In this document: positions 24,075-36,875 of the stretch, one piece after another
How positions within the stretch are numbered: position 1 is the stretch's first letter
Layout: each line of letters opens with the position of its first letter
NCBI GenBank assembly: GCA_973895155.1
Contig: OZ316892.1
Location: forward strand, 1,068,917-1,132,916
Source: Marsupella aquatica
Taxonomy: Eukaryota; Plantae; Marchantiophyta
Direction of reading: 5' to 3'
DNA: 64,000 nucleotides
Position numbers and translations under genes: made by a program
The notes under the pieces: generated by a model
Told to the model about the DNA's origin: nothing
What the model saw: the letters and a program-made list of their open reading frames with translations, nothing else
The model's database searches: none

Positions 24075-24310
24075 AGCCAAAGGAGGTAGTAAACATTGGA
24101 AGTGGGCTGAACAGCTAACGGCATTCAAGAAGGCTACTGTAGGGAGCAAATGGGGCATGGTTTTTTTTGGTACCTGTTGTGTGCCATGGTTCGGCCAAAG
24201 GAGATAATAAGAATTGGAATTGGGATGGACAGCTAACTGGCCTCAAGAAGGATACTGTAGGCAGGAAATGGGGCATGGTTCTTTTCGTACCTGTGTACCA
24301 TGGTTCGAAC
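24075..24310 (+). repeat. Two diverged direct copies of a ~118-bp unit
   Basis: gccaaaggag...acagctaac...tcaagaagg.tactgtagg...aaatggggcatggtt...ccatggttcg occurs twice in tandem. Confidence 0.8.
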
Positions 24311-25692
24311 CAGACATTGTTGAGACCGATCTCATGGTTAAATTCGGATCGTCAGGACCGGGCGGATTGATAAGAGGTGACCACACAGGACTGTATTATT
24401 ATTACGACTTCCGTACGATAAATGCAGAGGCTGGGGCCGCCACTCTATAACCAGTTGACCAGTCTACGACTGTACCCGAAAGTACTCTTTCACTGCGGCC
24501 ACAAGTTCGTAGCGGCCATAGTGGGCATCATTATGCCCCAGGTTCGAACCCGGATAGTCTCAGGTTCAGATTCCTCGTCAAATCTATTGGAATCGAGGGT
24601 CGACATGGTCAGAGATCTCGTTAAACACAGTCCCGAGCGTCGATCTTGGCGAAGGTAACCAGGTGGTTGAGGGAGGGGGTGATGAGGTGGACATTATCGA
24701 GGGACGCAAGATTAAATTAACATCACTCTGAGTTAATTAATGCTTGTTGGCGTAATTGCTCGCTTGCTTTGGGATGCGTTTGCCGCGAAGAGAGAAGTTC
24801 ACTGCGCAATTGACGTGTGAGACACATGGGCATTGGAGATTGGAATTACGGTAATCGGTGATGCGCAATTAATGTCATTTCAGCCGATGGCCGCCTCCCC
24901 TGTTTCTGTTCACTAGTAATCTTGAATGCACAATTACAGCAGCACACCCACTCCTCAGTACAGCTTTGCCGTGGTGCCGTGGTGGTACTCTGCCGTACTT
25001 CGCCTAACGATGTATCCCCTATGCGCTCCAGGTCGAGCATTCGATCGTCTCCTCCTTTTCTTACTCTTTCCCCACTTTTGGATTCGGAGATTCGCGGTGC
25101 CTCCAGCGTTGCGCACTTGTTCTGATTGATTGATTGATTGATTGATATTGAGGAGTTTCTGAGTTCTTTCGCGGCTGGCTGGGTGCGTCATGGTGGTAGA
25201 AATCTTTGTTTTGATTCTCGCAGATCTTCGTGTGACTTTCTGCCTTCCTACCTAGAACTGGAGCTCTGTTCCTAATCCCCATTGCACCCCATTGCAGAAG
25301 CTTTGGTCCCTCGTTCGTGTCGTAAGACCGCGGGACTACAGTGAACTGATGAGCGCAGAATCTGTTTCCTTTATGTTAAGGAACTACAGTGACAGCACAG
25401 CCGAAGTGAATGCATAGAATGGTTTACACAGTGATCGTGCAATTGGATTGAGTTCGGGAAGCGAGCTTGGATTTTGCGGGGAACTGCGGACAGGCTGACG
25501 TACTAGGGTGAGGAGACCATGTGCAAGGGATGCATTTTGCTCTATGACTCAAGCATTTGGACAGGTTGAATCGTCAGGATCGCGGCTGTTGGTTTCCGGT
25601 GCGGAGTGGACTCTGTTCGTTGCGAGGTGCTGATTTGGCACTTGATTGATTACCAGCCGAACGTTGTCGCCAGTTCTGGCTGCGGAGGAATC

Positions 25693-27204
25693 ATGGCCTT
25701 TCGACCTTCTGCCGTGATTGGGTTGATATGGCATCATCCGATCGTATCACTCTTTGTGGTCCTTCTCTTCACTCCTCCACTGTTCCCAATCGTGGTCTAC
25801 TTTTCGCCTCTTCTGATTTCCACTGCTCTGTTTGTTCTTGCGATGATCAGCATGGAATCCGATCACGCTAACGATCCTAGTCCGTACAGCAGTGACATTC
25901 CTTACAGCAATAGTGTATGGATTGAGGAAGTTGAGTTAGATGGTCCGTTACTTGATGGGGAAAGAGTGCCAAAGAGACTCAAGGCTTCGTCCAGCGATGG
26001 GAGGTGGTTTGATAAGGTCAAGAACTGGGAAGGGACAGGCCGGGCGTGGGTGGAAAGTGTTCTTAATCAAGAGGCTAGGAAAAGTGTTGATGACATTACG
26101 TTCTCCAGAGATGATTCCATCCCTCTGCTTGACAAAGCGAGAGGATTCTTTGTCGAGGATCTTCGCAAACGGTCTCGAGACGATGAGCCCAAATCCAGCA
26201 AACCGTCTGACGGGGCCCAAGCCACGATTGTTGCCAACGATTCTGCACCTAGCTTGCCTGTACAGAAGCCAGAGGGTGTGGAGGATTCTGCCCGTCCAGT
26301 GTCAGAGGGCAGCGGGAAGTCTAGCAGCAAAACTACTCCTGGTTTAGTTCCTGATCTAGAGTCTGAAGACGAACTCATCGAGATTGCACCAGCGAGCATT
26401 CCTGCTTCTCCTCTCTTCAGAAAGAAATCGCTACCGAAAGCAGATGCAACTGTCAACGTCGCAGCGGACCTCGCGAAGAAGTCCGAAGCCTCCTCATCAG
26501 AAGCTCCGTCTAAAACTGTAGAATCAATTGGTGGGTCAGTGCCAGGTACGGATTCCGAGGATGGAGACAAGATTGCTCATCTCGTAGGTTCTATCAACGA
26601 GAAGGATAACTCTACCCCGGTTGTCGAGCAGAAGTTCGTTAAACTTGAACCTGCGGATGTTGAGAAAAGTTCAAGTAGCGGGGAGATTGCAACCCCTATA
26701 AATGTGTCGGTATCCAAGGAGAGTAATTCAGTTGCTGAGAAGACGGCTCAAGGTTCGGGCGGGGAGATTATCCCCGAAATTCAAGCTGTCGCCTCGGGAT
26801 TGAGTCCGACCAATGCAACCGATCGGAATCTCGCTGAGAAGTCCCAGACCAAGGTCACGGCACAGGGTGACGGACGAAAATCCGGCTTCCAACCTAAAGA
26901 GACCAAGTCTGCTGGAGAATTGCTTGGCCCTGCCAGGCAGGGTCGAGGATCGTATGGTTTGGGAACCCCTTCAGCTGCTGTAGCACTTTCTGAGAAACTA
27001 AAAGTCCCACTGGAAGACATTATCTCTCTTCTCGCTGGTGATTGCAAGGAGAATGCCTCAAATGAAGGTCCCCCTCATGTGCAAGTATCGTCCTCTTCGG
27101 AGTCCACAACCTCTCAGGAGGAAGAGTGGTCCAGTTCCGATGGGGAGCCTTCTGCACCGCCCAAAGCAGTGAGAGGTCCAGAATCAGCCGAGAAGGATCC
27201 TTGA
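25693..27204 (+). CDS. Intronless uncharacterised protein with N-terminal transmembrane hairpin and long disordered Ser/Glu/Lys-rich tail (~503 aa)
   Basis: Intact long ORF, first ATG at 25693. HHPIVSLFVVLLF..FPIVVYFSPLLISTALFVLAMIS resembles the N-terminus of a plant membrane-anchored family (HP...SP.L..TA). Confidence 0.75.
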   Translation: MAFRPSAVIGLIWHHPIVSLFVVLLFTPPLFPIVVYFSPLLISTALFVLAMISMESDHANDPSPYSSDIPYSNSVWIEEVELDGPLLDGERVPKRLKASSSDGRWFDKVKNWEGTGRAWVESVLNQEARKSVDDITFSRDDSIPLLDKARGFFVEDLRKRSRDDEPKSSKPSDGAQATIVANDSAPSLPVQKPEGVEDSARPVSEGSGKSSSKTTPGLVPDLESEDELIEIAPASIPASPLFRKKSLPKADATVNVAADLAKKSEASSSEAPSKTVESIGGSVPGTDSEDGDKIAHLVGSINEKDNSTPVVEQKFVKLEPADVEKSSSSGEIATPINVSVSKESNSVAEKTAQGSGGEIIPEIQAVASGLSPTNATDRNLAEKSQTKVTAQGDGRKSGFQPKETKSAGELLGPARQGRGSYGLGTPSAAVALSEKLKVPLEDIISLLAGDCKENASNEGPPHVQVSSSSESTTSQEEEWSSSDGEPSAPPKAVRGPESAEKDP

Positions 27205-29453
27205 TTGGAAAGTAGTTGTGGTTGATGGTCGACCCTTATCTTTCAGGACATGACGTTTTTTCTCGTCACGAGCTCATGTTTAGTTGCTTTGAGCAAGTTG
27301 TACGCATGTCATTCATGGACAGGACGACGTGGTCTAGAATAATTGTGCGTCTCACGATAAACGATCCGGTTATGATTAGGCTAATTTTTGTGATAGCGCA
27401 AGTTTTGAAGAGACAGATCGATGTTTAGCGGCTTGAACCGATCGAACTCAAAAGTCTGTAGTCTTTTGTTGGAGTTAGGGCTGAAGCGTCTTATGGCGGA
27501 TGGGGGTCGTTAACGAGGATAAATTGTCATCCAGCGGCCAGCTCGCATTTTGGTACATGATTATATTGTACATCAGTGCTGTGAGGTAGTCAGATATGGG
27601 ATGTATTGGCGGACGGATGGTGGATAATTGCAAAAGAATACCTCATCTCGAGAGCAGCACGCTTTTTGGAATGCCAGCATTATCGGTGCCCTCGGGTACT
27701 GCAGAACAGATCTTCAGTGGTAGGGGTTGGACCAACGTACTGTCAGGCGCTGAGTCTTAGAACCTGCTTTAGAAGCTGGGGTCCATTTACTGTAGGAATC
27801 TTGTTCAGGGTGTAAGTTTTGCTACAATGTGGCCCCATCGTCGGATGTATGATGTAAATTTGGACGTCGGGGCTATCCTTTGTGGTGGCAGGAAGTGCAG
27901 GGACGGTAGCATTTTGCTGCTTATGATACAAATTAGGTTGTAACTTTGTAAAGTAAACGCTCTAGAAAGTGGACTCTCCACTCAGTCGACTGAGTTTTCG
28001 TACGAATAACCTCTTGTGCTGTTCACTGCCACTATGCACATCGTCGTCACTTCCTGACTTCCATGTACTAAAATGTTCAAGAGGTCAGAATTGATACTCA
28101 GATTGTCATTCCTATGTCATTTAGGCTTGGCTTATCAGCTCTCGTGCATTTCTGCGTGACAGACAATAATAAGTCCAGACTAAATTGCATGCAGGTGTTT
28201 CTCGTTTCCATTCCTGGTGACTTCTCTTCCCGGATATTGACTGACCAGCTCAACATTGTGACACAGTACAGTACCTTTCAGCGGTAGCACACCTGCATAA
28301 TCGGTTGGAGTGGTTCGTAATTTCTCCGTGGTACAGTTTGCCACATCGTGGACTCCAGTCGCTTACCCTTCTGTGAAAAGTAATGTGCATCCTCATGTCA
28401 GGAACAAATTAGCGGAGATTTTTGTTACCTTCAAAGTATTTCAGGTCTTCTCCGGTGGGCCAAACATGGAGCCCCAGTTAGGGATGCCCGTAATAAACCC
28501 ACCACTTGTCTCACAACAGTGATATCTATTGCCTCGTCAAGATGGCCCGTCTCAAAGGAACTACGCCACATGGAAAGATTTGACCCAAGTCCAAATTGAG
28601 TGCATCATTCATTTCTGAAAACCCACACAAGAACTAGCTTCCTAAAAAATTGACGTACATAAACAAAATGGGGTTTTTTCGGAAATGTGCATGCAGCCAA
28701 CTTGTCAGATCACGCTTGGGGGAGCGGATCAGCGCCATTCTTGGAGCCATCTACACTTGTGCCGTCATCTCAATCATGTCCCGGAGGAAAGATGGTTCGT
28801 CCGACATATCAGTCCCTAACGATTTCTCTGCACTCAAGAGCTTTGTGCAGAGCAGAGGACAGAAATACTGTACTGGAAACTCTAAAGCACTACAGTCGGT
28901 TCTCCTGTTTCTCTCGTCTAAAGGGAAGTATTTATTGTAGGTGTTCTTAGGCTGGCAATCACATTCGCTTGGAGTTTGGACTCCTTGGAGAGAGGTGCCT
29001 CCTTGGAGAGAGGTGCCGAATCATCTTGCAGTTCGTCGGTCATTGTCACTATGAGCCACTCTAGAGGGAGACCCACGTCAGTCTGTGGAGCAGCATGCCG
29101 GCGATCTGTGTCTATTGTGATGATGGCCTCTAAATTATATGTTTATATCGGCTTCTGAGTTGAGGTGGTGGGGAAGGGTGCACGACATTCCAGTATCATG
29201 GGGGGAACTGTGGCGGCCTATGCAATCGTGACGGATAGTCGTTTGGACTGTGGTCTCTCCAGAAGCCGACCACGTTGTAGTCTACAATTCTGGACTCGTG
29301 AAAAGACCGGAGAATTCAGCAACATAGCAGGACAGGAGCACATGGGACGACAGCATGAGAATGATTTCCGTGTCAGGCTTTCTCGATTGGATCATATCGT
29401 GTAAAAGGGCGTCTTCAGAAAGCTAGCTCGGTGTCACGTAAAAGCTGGGATGC

Positions 29454-29682
29454 TCTCCATATTTTTTGTTGGGTTGCCTTGAAAGCCTAAAGTAGCCCAT
29501 CTCCATTTTTTTGTTGGGTTGCCTTGAAAGCCTAAAGTAACCCCTCTCCGTTTTTTTGTTGGGTTGCCTTGAAAGCCTAAAGTAACCCATCTTCGTTTTT
29601 TTGTTGGGTTGCCTTGACAGCCTAAAGTAACCCATCTCCATCTGTTTTGGTGGGTTGCCTTGAAAGCCTAAAGTAACCCATC
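29454..29682. repeat. Minisatellite, 5 x ~45 bp (TTTTTTGTTGGGTTGCCTTGAAAGCCTAAAGTAACCCATCTCC)
   Basis: Near-identical head-to-tail copies with no unique spacers. Confidence 0.95.
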
Positions 29683-29698
29683 CAAACAGAGGATAGAG

Positions 29699-30009
29699 GT
29701 TCTACTTTGGAGTATGCACCACAGTAGCATAGTCCAGATAGCTGGGAAGGGGGGACTATACAAAGGGATCCCACAAGGACCCGACCAGGGAGAGAGGGAC
29801 GTTCTACTTTGGAGTATGCACCATTGTAGCGTAGCCCAGAAGGCTAGGTAGCTCGGAAGGGGTGACTATACCCAGGGATCCCACAAGGACCCGGACCAGG
29901 AAGGAGAGAAGACGTTCTACTTTAGAGTATGCACCACTCTAGGGTAGCCCAAAAGGCTGGGGGGACAATACCCAGGGATCCCACAAGTACCCTGACCAGG
30001 AAGGAGAGA
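29699..30009. repeat. Tandem repeat, 3 x ~100-113 bp
   Basis: Units start GTTCTACTTT.GAGTATGCACCA at 29699, 29801 and 29914, and each contains AGGGATCCCACAAG. Confidence 0.9.
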
Positions 30010-30580
30010 TGGTTGAACCAAGGTCCCGAAGCAGCTAGCCAAAAACAGAGGAGAAACCAGTACTCCCACCACTATACCCCATCCACACATATACACACCC
30101 TTCACACACCTTTATCCCTTTGCATGGATGTTTGTTCAATGAATGTGAATTTTACATAGGATGAATTTCTTTTAGATAAGGGAAACGTCGCTGTCACCGC
30201 CAGAGCCTGAGGTGGTGTTGTATTTGAAAATGTATATATTATGTCAATTTCATTCTAGATGAATTTCTTTTAGGTACTCTAATGAGTTTGGGTGATCCAG
30301 TCTAGCCTTCTCATTGACCCTGCATTAAATTTCCATGAATTTAATGCTCCCCAGTTTCTTGGGGCCTTTCCCAATCTCCAACGCATGCTGCTTGCTTAGG
30401 GCCCAATTGACATTGGTTTGTGTTCTGGCACCCTTCACTTTTCGCTGTTAACAAGTACTTGGCAATAGACACCAATCAAAGCCAATGAAGAATGGTGTGG
30501 CTAAAACCCTGCCTAACTTCAAATTGGGTGCATAAGGGCTGCTAAAAGTGAAGGGTTTGAGACGGCTCACATAGTCTTGG

Positions 30581-30911
30581 TGTTGAACTAAGACGTCATT
30601 CGCAATCACCATACAACCATGATTCATTCATGCACACGTAGTCGACACAATCTCTACGTGGTTCACCTCTTCACCAAGGCTACGTCCACACGAACACTCA
30701 AGCTTTACTTCAAGAGTAGACGAACACACATGCTCTCCCTCTTCTTCAAGTTGCTCCGTTACTATCAGTAAGCACCACACTCCAGCGGCTTACACTAGAC
30801 CTGGTATATACAAGGTCACACACGACTAACCTAACCTCAGCTAAGACCCTAACTGTGGTTAGCCTAAGTGCCGTAACCTTTGAGTCACAAGACTAAGAGC
30901 AATCCTTAACA
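30581..30911 (-). repeat. 3' LTR of Copia-B
   Basis: Differs from 43312-43642 at one position by my reading. Confidence 0.95.
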
Positions 30912-31115
30912 AACTCCCCCTTGACTCTAGTCTTGGGGACTGCAATTTCTGCTATCCATACGAGATACTCAGCGGGAAATTCTAGACAATCACCTAAAAC
31001 CATAGGTGTCCCCCTAAAAACCATTTAAGGTTAACTAAGGGTTAACTAGAATTAAGCCGTAGCCATAACATGATTGAGTAACCCATATACATAAATTACA
31101 TATTGTTAAGTTACT

Positions 31116-34100
31116 CTACTTGTGCTGCAAATGCAAAACTTGCAAAGTAGCACGGTGTCTTGAGTAACTCTCCAAAGGAATCACTTTGGTAAAAGCATCA
31201 GCCGGGTTGAGCTTTCCATCAATCTTGACTAGCTCAAACATTTTATCAGACACTGCTTGCCTAATAAAATGGTACCTGATGTCAATGTGTTTCACCCTGC
31301 TATCCATAACCTGGTTAATAGCTAGGTGAAGCGCACTTTGGCTGTCACAATGAAGAGTCATTTTTCCATGCTCCAATCCCATCTCAGTGACCAGCTTATC
31401 CAAACCAAATTGCTTCCTTTGCTGCTTCTGCTGCCGCAACATATTCTGCTTCTGTAGTAGACTGAGATACACACTTCTGCAAGGTAGATCTCCAACTTAT
31501 GCATCCTCTTCCAAGAGTAAACACATACCCAGTCGTTGACCTCCTTGTTTCCAGACAGCCTCCATAGTCAGAATCTACATAGCCAACCAAAGATTTGGTT
31601 TTGTTTGATCTACTATCAAACAATAGACCATAGTCTATTGTGCCCTTAAGATACCTGAGAATCCATTTCACAGCCTCCCAATGTACCTTCCCTGGATTTG
31701 ACATGAATCTACTCACTTTGCCCATTGCTAGGGCTAGATCAGGCCTGGTACATGTCATCAAATACATTAGACTGCCCATTGCCTTCTCATATGGAACCTT
31801 AGTCATCAAGCCTCTCTCCACTGGATCCGTGGGGCAGAAAGCCGATGATAACTTGAAATGTGGAGCCAAAGGAATACTTACTGGCTTACAATTTTCCATG
31901 TTTAATCTTGCAAGTACCTTTTTAGCATACTTGCCTTGATTCAGCCACAATTGTCCAGTTTCAAAGTTCCTCGTAATCTCCATACCTAAGATCCTCTTGG
32001 CTTTCCCAAGATCCTTCATTCGGAATTCAGAACTCAATTTTGCTTTGAGTTTGTCAACCTCAGTTTGATCCTTAGCCGCAATCAACATGTCATCCACATA
32101 GAGCACCAGAATGAGCAAACCAAACACACCATTCTTGACTGATTTCGTATACACACAAGGGTCATACACCATCCTAGTGAATCCTTGTGCAAGCATGAAA
32201 TCATCAAACCGCTTGTTCCACTGCCGAGGAGCTTGCTTCAATCCATACAACGACTTAAGTAACCTGCAAACTAAACTCTCTTGGCCCTTCTTCACAAAGC
32301 CCAGTGGTTGCCTCATGAAAATTTGTTCTTCCAAGGTGCCATAGAGAAAAGCAGTAACAACATCCATTTGATCTAACACCAGATCAAAAAACACAACAAG
32401 TTGACACAAAATTTGTATCGTGGAATACTTGGCAACTGGAGAGAAGACCTCATTGTAATCCACTCCCTTCTCTTGAGTGAATCCCTTGGCAATAAGCCTT
32501 GCCTTGTATATCTTGTCTCCTCCATCTGAAGAGTTGTCCTTCAGCTTGTAAATCCACTTGCTATCCACCACTTGTTGATCACTTGGCAGTTGCACCAGCT
32601 CCCATGTTCTGTTGTCACTTAAGGATTGCAACTCCCTCTGCATCACTGCATTCCATTCATCTTTCTCGTCTGAAGTGCACGCCTCATGATAAGAAGAAGG
32701 TTCTCCTTCTTCCAAGATCAGTGCTCTGTCATCATCTTCAGGTGCAATGTCAACATCATCTAACCTTGATGAATCTGTCCATTGTCCATACCTTGTAGGA
32801 GCTCGAGTAGTATGTCTTGATTTTCTAGCTGATGATTCTGGTTGATCTTGTTCTGTTGGTTGAATTTGAGGTATTCCAACAATAACTTGCTCCTCTTGTT
32901 CTAATACCGGAACCAGCTCCATTCTCGGAGCACCTCCTTCATTTATGTCATGAAAACTCTCATGACCAATCTCCCCCACAACATGGTCCAGGATAGGAGA
33001 TTTACCTTTGTCAGTACGGGAAGCTTGAGCATTCTCCCCCTCCTTTGATGATCTGGATTCATTAAAGGATACATCTCTACTGACAAGCAACGTACAAGCT
33101 TCTAGATCCCATAGCCTGTAAGCTTTCACACCTGGTTGATAACCAAGAAAAAGATACTTCTTGGAAGTAGAATCTAGTTTAGATCGATTCTGCTTAGGTG
33201 TGAGAGCATATGCATCACTTCCAAAGACTCTCAAAACCTGATAGTCTGTGTGCCGTCCATACCTCATTTCAAACGGCGTCTTGAAATTGATTGCACTTGA
33301 AGGAGAAAGATTTACCAAATAAGCTGCCGCATTTATAGCTTCAGCCCAAATTTCATGCGGTAAACCTGATTGGCTCAACATACTCCTTGATCGCTCCAAT
33401 AGTGTTTGGTTTAGCCGCTCACAAACACCATTCTGTTGAGGAGTATAAACTATCGTGAGATGACGAGTAATCCCTTGCTTTGCAGAATATAGTTCAAACT
33501 CACTTGAACTGTACTCCCCGCCGTTATCTAATCACAGATATCTCACCTTGGATCCAATCTGATTCTCAATTTGGGCTTTCCACTTCTTAAAAGTGCCAAA
33601 ACTTCAGACTTGGCGTGTAGAAATGTGATCCACACATACCGTGAGTAATCATCAATGAACGTGACATAGTACAATTTTCCAGAAAGTGAGGGAGTTGGGG
33701 CTGGACCCCACACATCACTATGTACATACTCAAGTATAGTTTTGGTATTGTGAGTTCCAATACCAAAGGTTCTCCTGTGCTGCTTCCCAAGCACACAGTG
33801 TTCACAAAAATCTAGCTTAGTAGATTCCAAATTAGAAAGAAGTCCGTTCCTGCGAAGTACCGCCAAACCCTTTTCACTCATGTGTCCCAATCTGCAGTGC
33901 CATAACTGAGTCATCTCGCCTTGAGATCTAGTTACATTGGCTTCTTCACAAATCACGTTGCCCTCCAACAAATATAGATTCCTGTGTCGCTTACCCTTCA
34001 TGACAACCTTGCCTCCGGTTGACACTTGAAGAATCATCAGCAGAACTCCACCGACATCCATTTGCTTCCAGCATTCCAAGAGAAATCAAGTTCTTCTTCA

Positions 34101-35229
34101 TGTCAGGTATGTGTCTGACATTACTCACTGTTCGCACAGCTCCATCAAACATCCGAATTTTCACGGATCCAATTCCAATAATTTGACAAGGATGATCATT
34201 CCCCATCAACACGGAACCGGTTGATACTGAGTAAGAAGTAAAAAACTCTTTCATACAACAAATATGATAGGTACAGGCTAAAATCCATTCATCACCGTTG
34301 TTACTGATGATTGCAACATCTTGACTTCACAAGATTTCATCATCAAGCAAGTCAATCATATCAACATCAGTGGCTGCGTTCGTTGATGGTTGATGAGTTT
34401 GCTTGACTCGACAGTCTCGTTTCATGTGGCCAGGCTTGTTACATTTCCAGCATATAATTGGTTTTCTTTCGAGAGATTTCTCTCTAGACCTCGATCTAGA
34501 CTTAGATCGAGCCTTCTCCTTGCCTCTATTTCGTGAGGGGTACATTTGTGAAAAGGACCTATTTTCGCTAGTCATCCGCTGTTGAGTCCTCCCATAGTTC
34601 ACATTCAATGCACTGCCAGATGAAGATGGTGTCTGGGTATGACCCAGTTTCTTCTGTGCATCATCTGACAGCAAAGAGCTTACCACCTCATCATATGAAA
34701 TAGTTTTGAGGTCTCTATACAAGAGAACCTGCTTCAAACCTTGATACGATGGGGGTAAGGAGCTGAGAAGAAGCAATGCCATATCTTCATCTTCCACTCC
34801 CTTGCCAAGATTTGACAAATCTACAGCCAGGCTGTCGAATTCATCCAAGTGATCTCGAAGTTTGCCTCCTTCTTTTAGCCTCAAGCTCATCAAGAGAGAC
34901 TTCTTGTACAATCGATCTAAGGCATCTTCACGGTAGTACTTCTCTCTAAGGGCCTTGAATAAGGATACGCAATCCTCATAGTCGTCCAACTTCTTAATGA
35001 TATGCGGCTTCAGATACAGCATAACCGCATTCACAGCGATCACTTGCTCCTGCCTCCATTTCCTCAACGGAATCTCTTCCTCACTGCTAGACTCCTCCCG
35101 AGTCGATAGCAGATGATCTAGGCCCATAGCACGAAGAATTCCCTTAACCTGCTTCTCCCATAGCAAATAATCTGTGCGCCCATCATATTTTTCCACCTCA
35201 AACTTGACACCTCCAAACTTGGATGCCAT
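31116..35229 (-). pseudogene. Copia-B gag-pol with several frameshifts
   Basis: MASKFGGVKFEVEKYDG, CWKCNKPGHMKRDC, WHCRLGH..CEHC, YKARLIAKG, LYVDDML, YVDSDYG and KHIDIRYHF motifs. Confidence 0.95.
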
Positions 35230-36573
35230 CGTTGTCCTCCCAACGTTCTCCACGTGCTATTGCTGTGCTGCTCCCTATATGCTTTTATCGCTTTTTCCTT
35301 CCTTCCTTCTCGTTGACTCAAATCCAAATCACGAAAAAATGTCGTTTTTTGCAACTTTCCAAAAAACTTGAAACTTGTCACCGCCACTTAGCCCACCAAC
35401 CTAGCAAGCCAATGCTGAAATTCGAAATCGAAACCGAGTTCCGACGAAAAACTATTTCACATTTCGGTCGGGGTGGGTAAAACTCCAAAAAGTCTCCCCC
35501 GTTTTGACCATCTCGGGGAATAAGAAAAATTCCAAGTACCACCCGTCGTTGGAAATGGAAATTGAGTGGTGCACCGTGTTGCTAGCTTCAGTGGCTACGT
35601 TCTCGCCAAAAAAGATCCGAAAAAAGTTACCGTTTGGACCTTGGAATCTGCGACTAAAGGCCAAAAAACAGCTCTCTGTTTTTTTGGAATATTCCTTGGA
35701 CTGTGCAACAGGTCTCACAGGGGGCTGTTCCCCCTGTCCAAGCGGTTAATTTGATGGGTCACAGGGCCCGGGATGCCGCTTAACCAATGAGGAGCCTGAA
35801 AAGGATTAAAAAACCGGGCCTAAGGGGGTTTAAGCCCCTTAACACAAAAATACTGTCTTAAAAAAGGTGACGGGCCAGGCAGTGCACAAGTGGTCGGGGA
35901 GTAAAAAACTGAGTCAAAATGGGCAGGGATGGAGTTGCGACGGCCAGGACGTCTGCGCCGTCCGTGCCGGCCGTGACGTCTGGGACAGCCGAGACGTCTG
36001 GGACGTCCGCGCCGTCCGCGATGGCTGGGACGTCCGCGCCGGCCGTGATGGGAGTATGAGTGAGGAGGAGGAGGGGGTCACCAACGGGGTATTGACAGGG
36101 GTGCAAGGGTCGGGAGGGTGTGTATACACACCACCAAAAAGGCCCTATTCTAAGGCAAAATGTGCACAAAAAATAAATTTGTTGGGTTACTCACACTGCC
36201 GTTATCACTTTACACCAGATAAAGACTAGTTGTCGACGGGAAATATTACCGAATTGCACCGGCACCGTTTGCAACTCTAGCAGAGTGAAAAATTCCCGTC
36301 ATGACTCCTTCACTCCGCGTCAAGTGTCAATCTTGGACTCAAAACGACCACTGCACCGCGATCTCTCCGTTGAGCCGTTGCACTTCCCGTTTCTTCCTTT
36401 GAGTCGAACGCAACGACAAGAAACCCCGGTTCAGTCAAAAGAAGACTCCATAGCCAGTCAGAAACTCAGAACGGCTCTTTTGCTTGGTACATCGCACTCA
36501 CTACACCCTCGATAGCAAACCAGCTACCGAAATGATCAGCTTTTCCCGATCTACAATTTGAGCTAAAGGTTGT

Positions 36574-36875
36574 TGTTAGGAATTGACTCGAGTTCCCGAC
36601 TTAGTTTACTTAGTTTGGCCTTACTAGGGTTAGTTAACCCTGGATTACATTAGGATAAGATCCGCTTTGTTTAGGCCCACTCATCTTGGCCCCCTTGGGG
36701 GGTATAGGCTGGAGGGAGAGAACTCTCTCCCTCATTCTTCACATGTACTCTTATTTGCTATGGAGCCTTCAGGAGTTTCTCCACTCGGGGTGTCTTGTTG
36801 GTGTAGCGTCTGATTGAGTGAGTCTCTCTCATGTTTCCGCATTGTTGTCTAGTCCGGAGCCGACGGTTTCTTACA
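36574..36875 (+). repeat. 5' LTR of Copia-C
   Basis: 302 bp. Roughly 15 substitutions plus several indels relative to the 3' LTR, counted by eye. Confidence 0.93.

Noticed and set aside
24397-24405. TATTATTAC, a nanovirus-type rolling-circle origin nonamer
   Set aside because: No flanking stem-loop and no Rep/HUH ORF; it is part of a short TAT run.
29454-29682. CRISPR-like array of hairpin repeats
   Set aside because: Units are head-to-tail with no unique spacers, there are no cas genes, and the context is eukaryotic.
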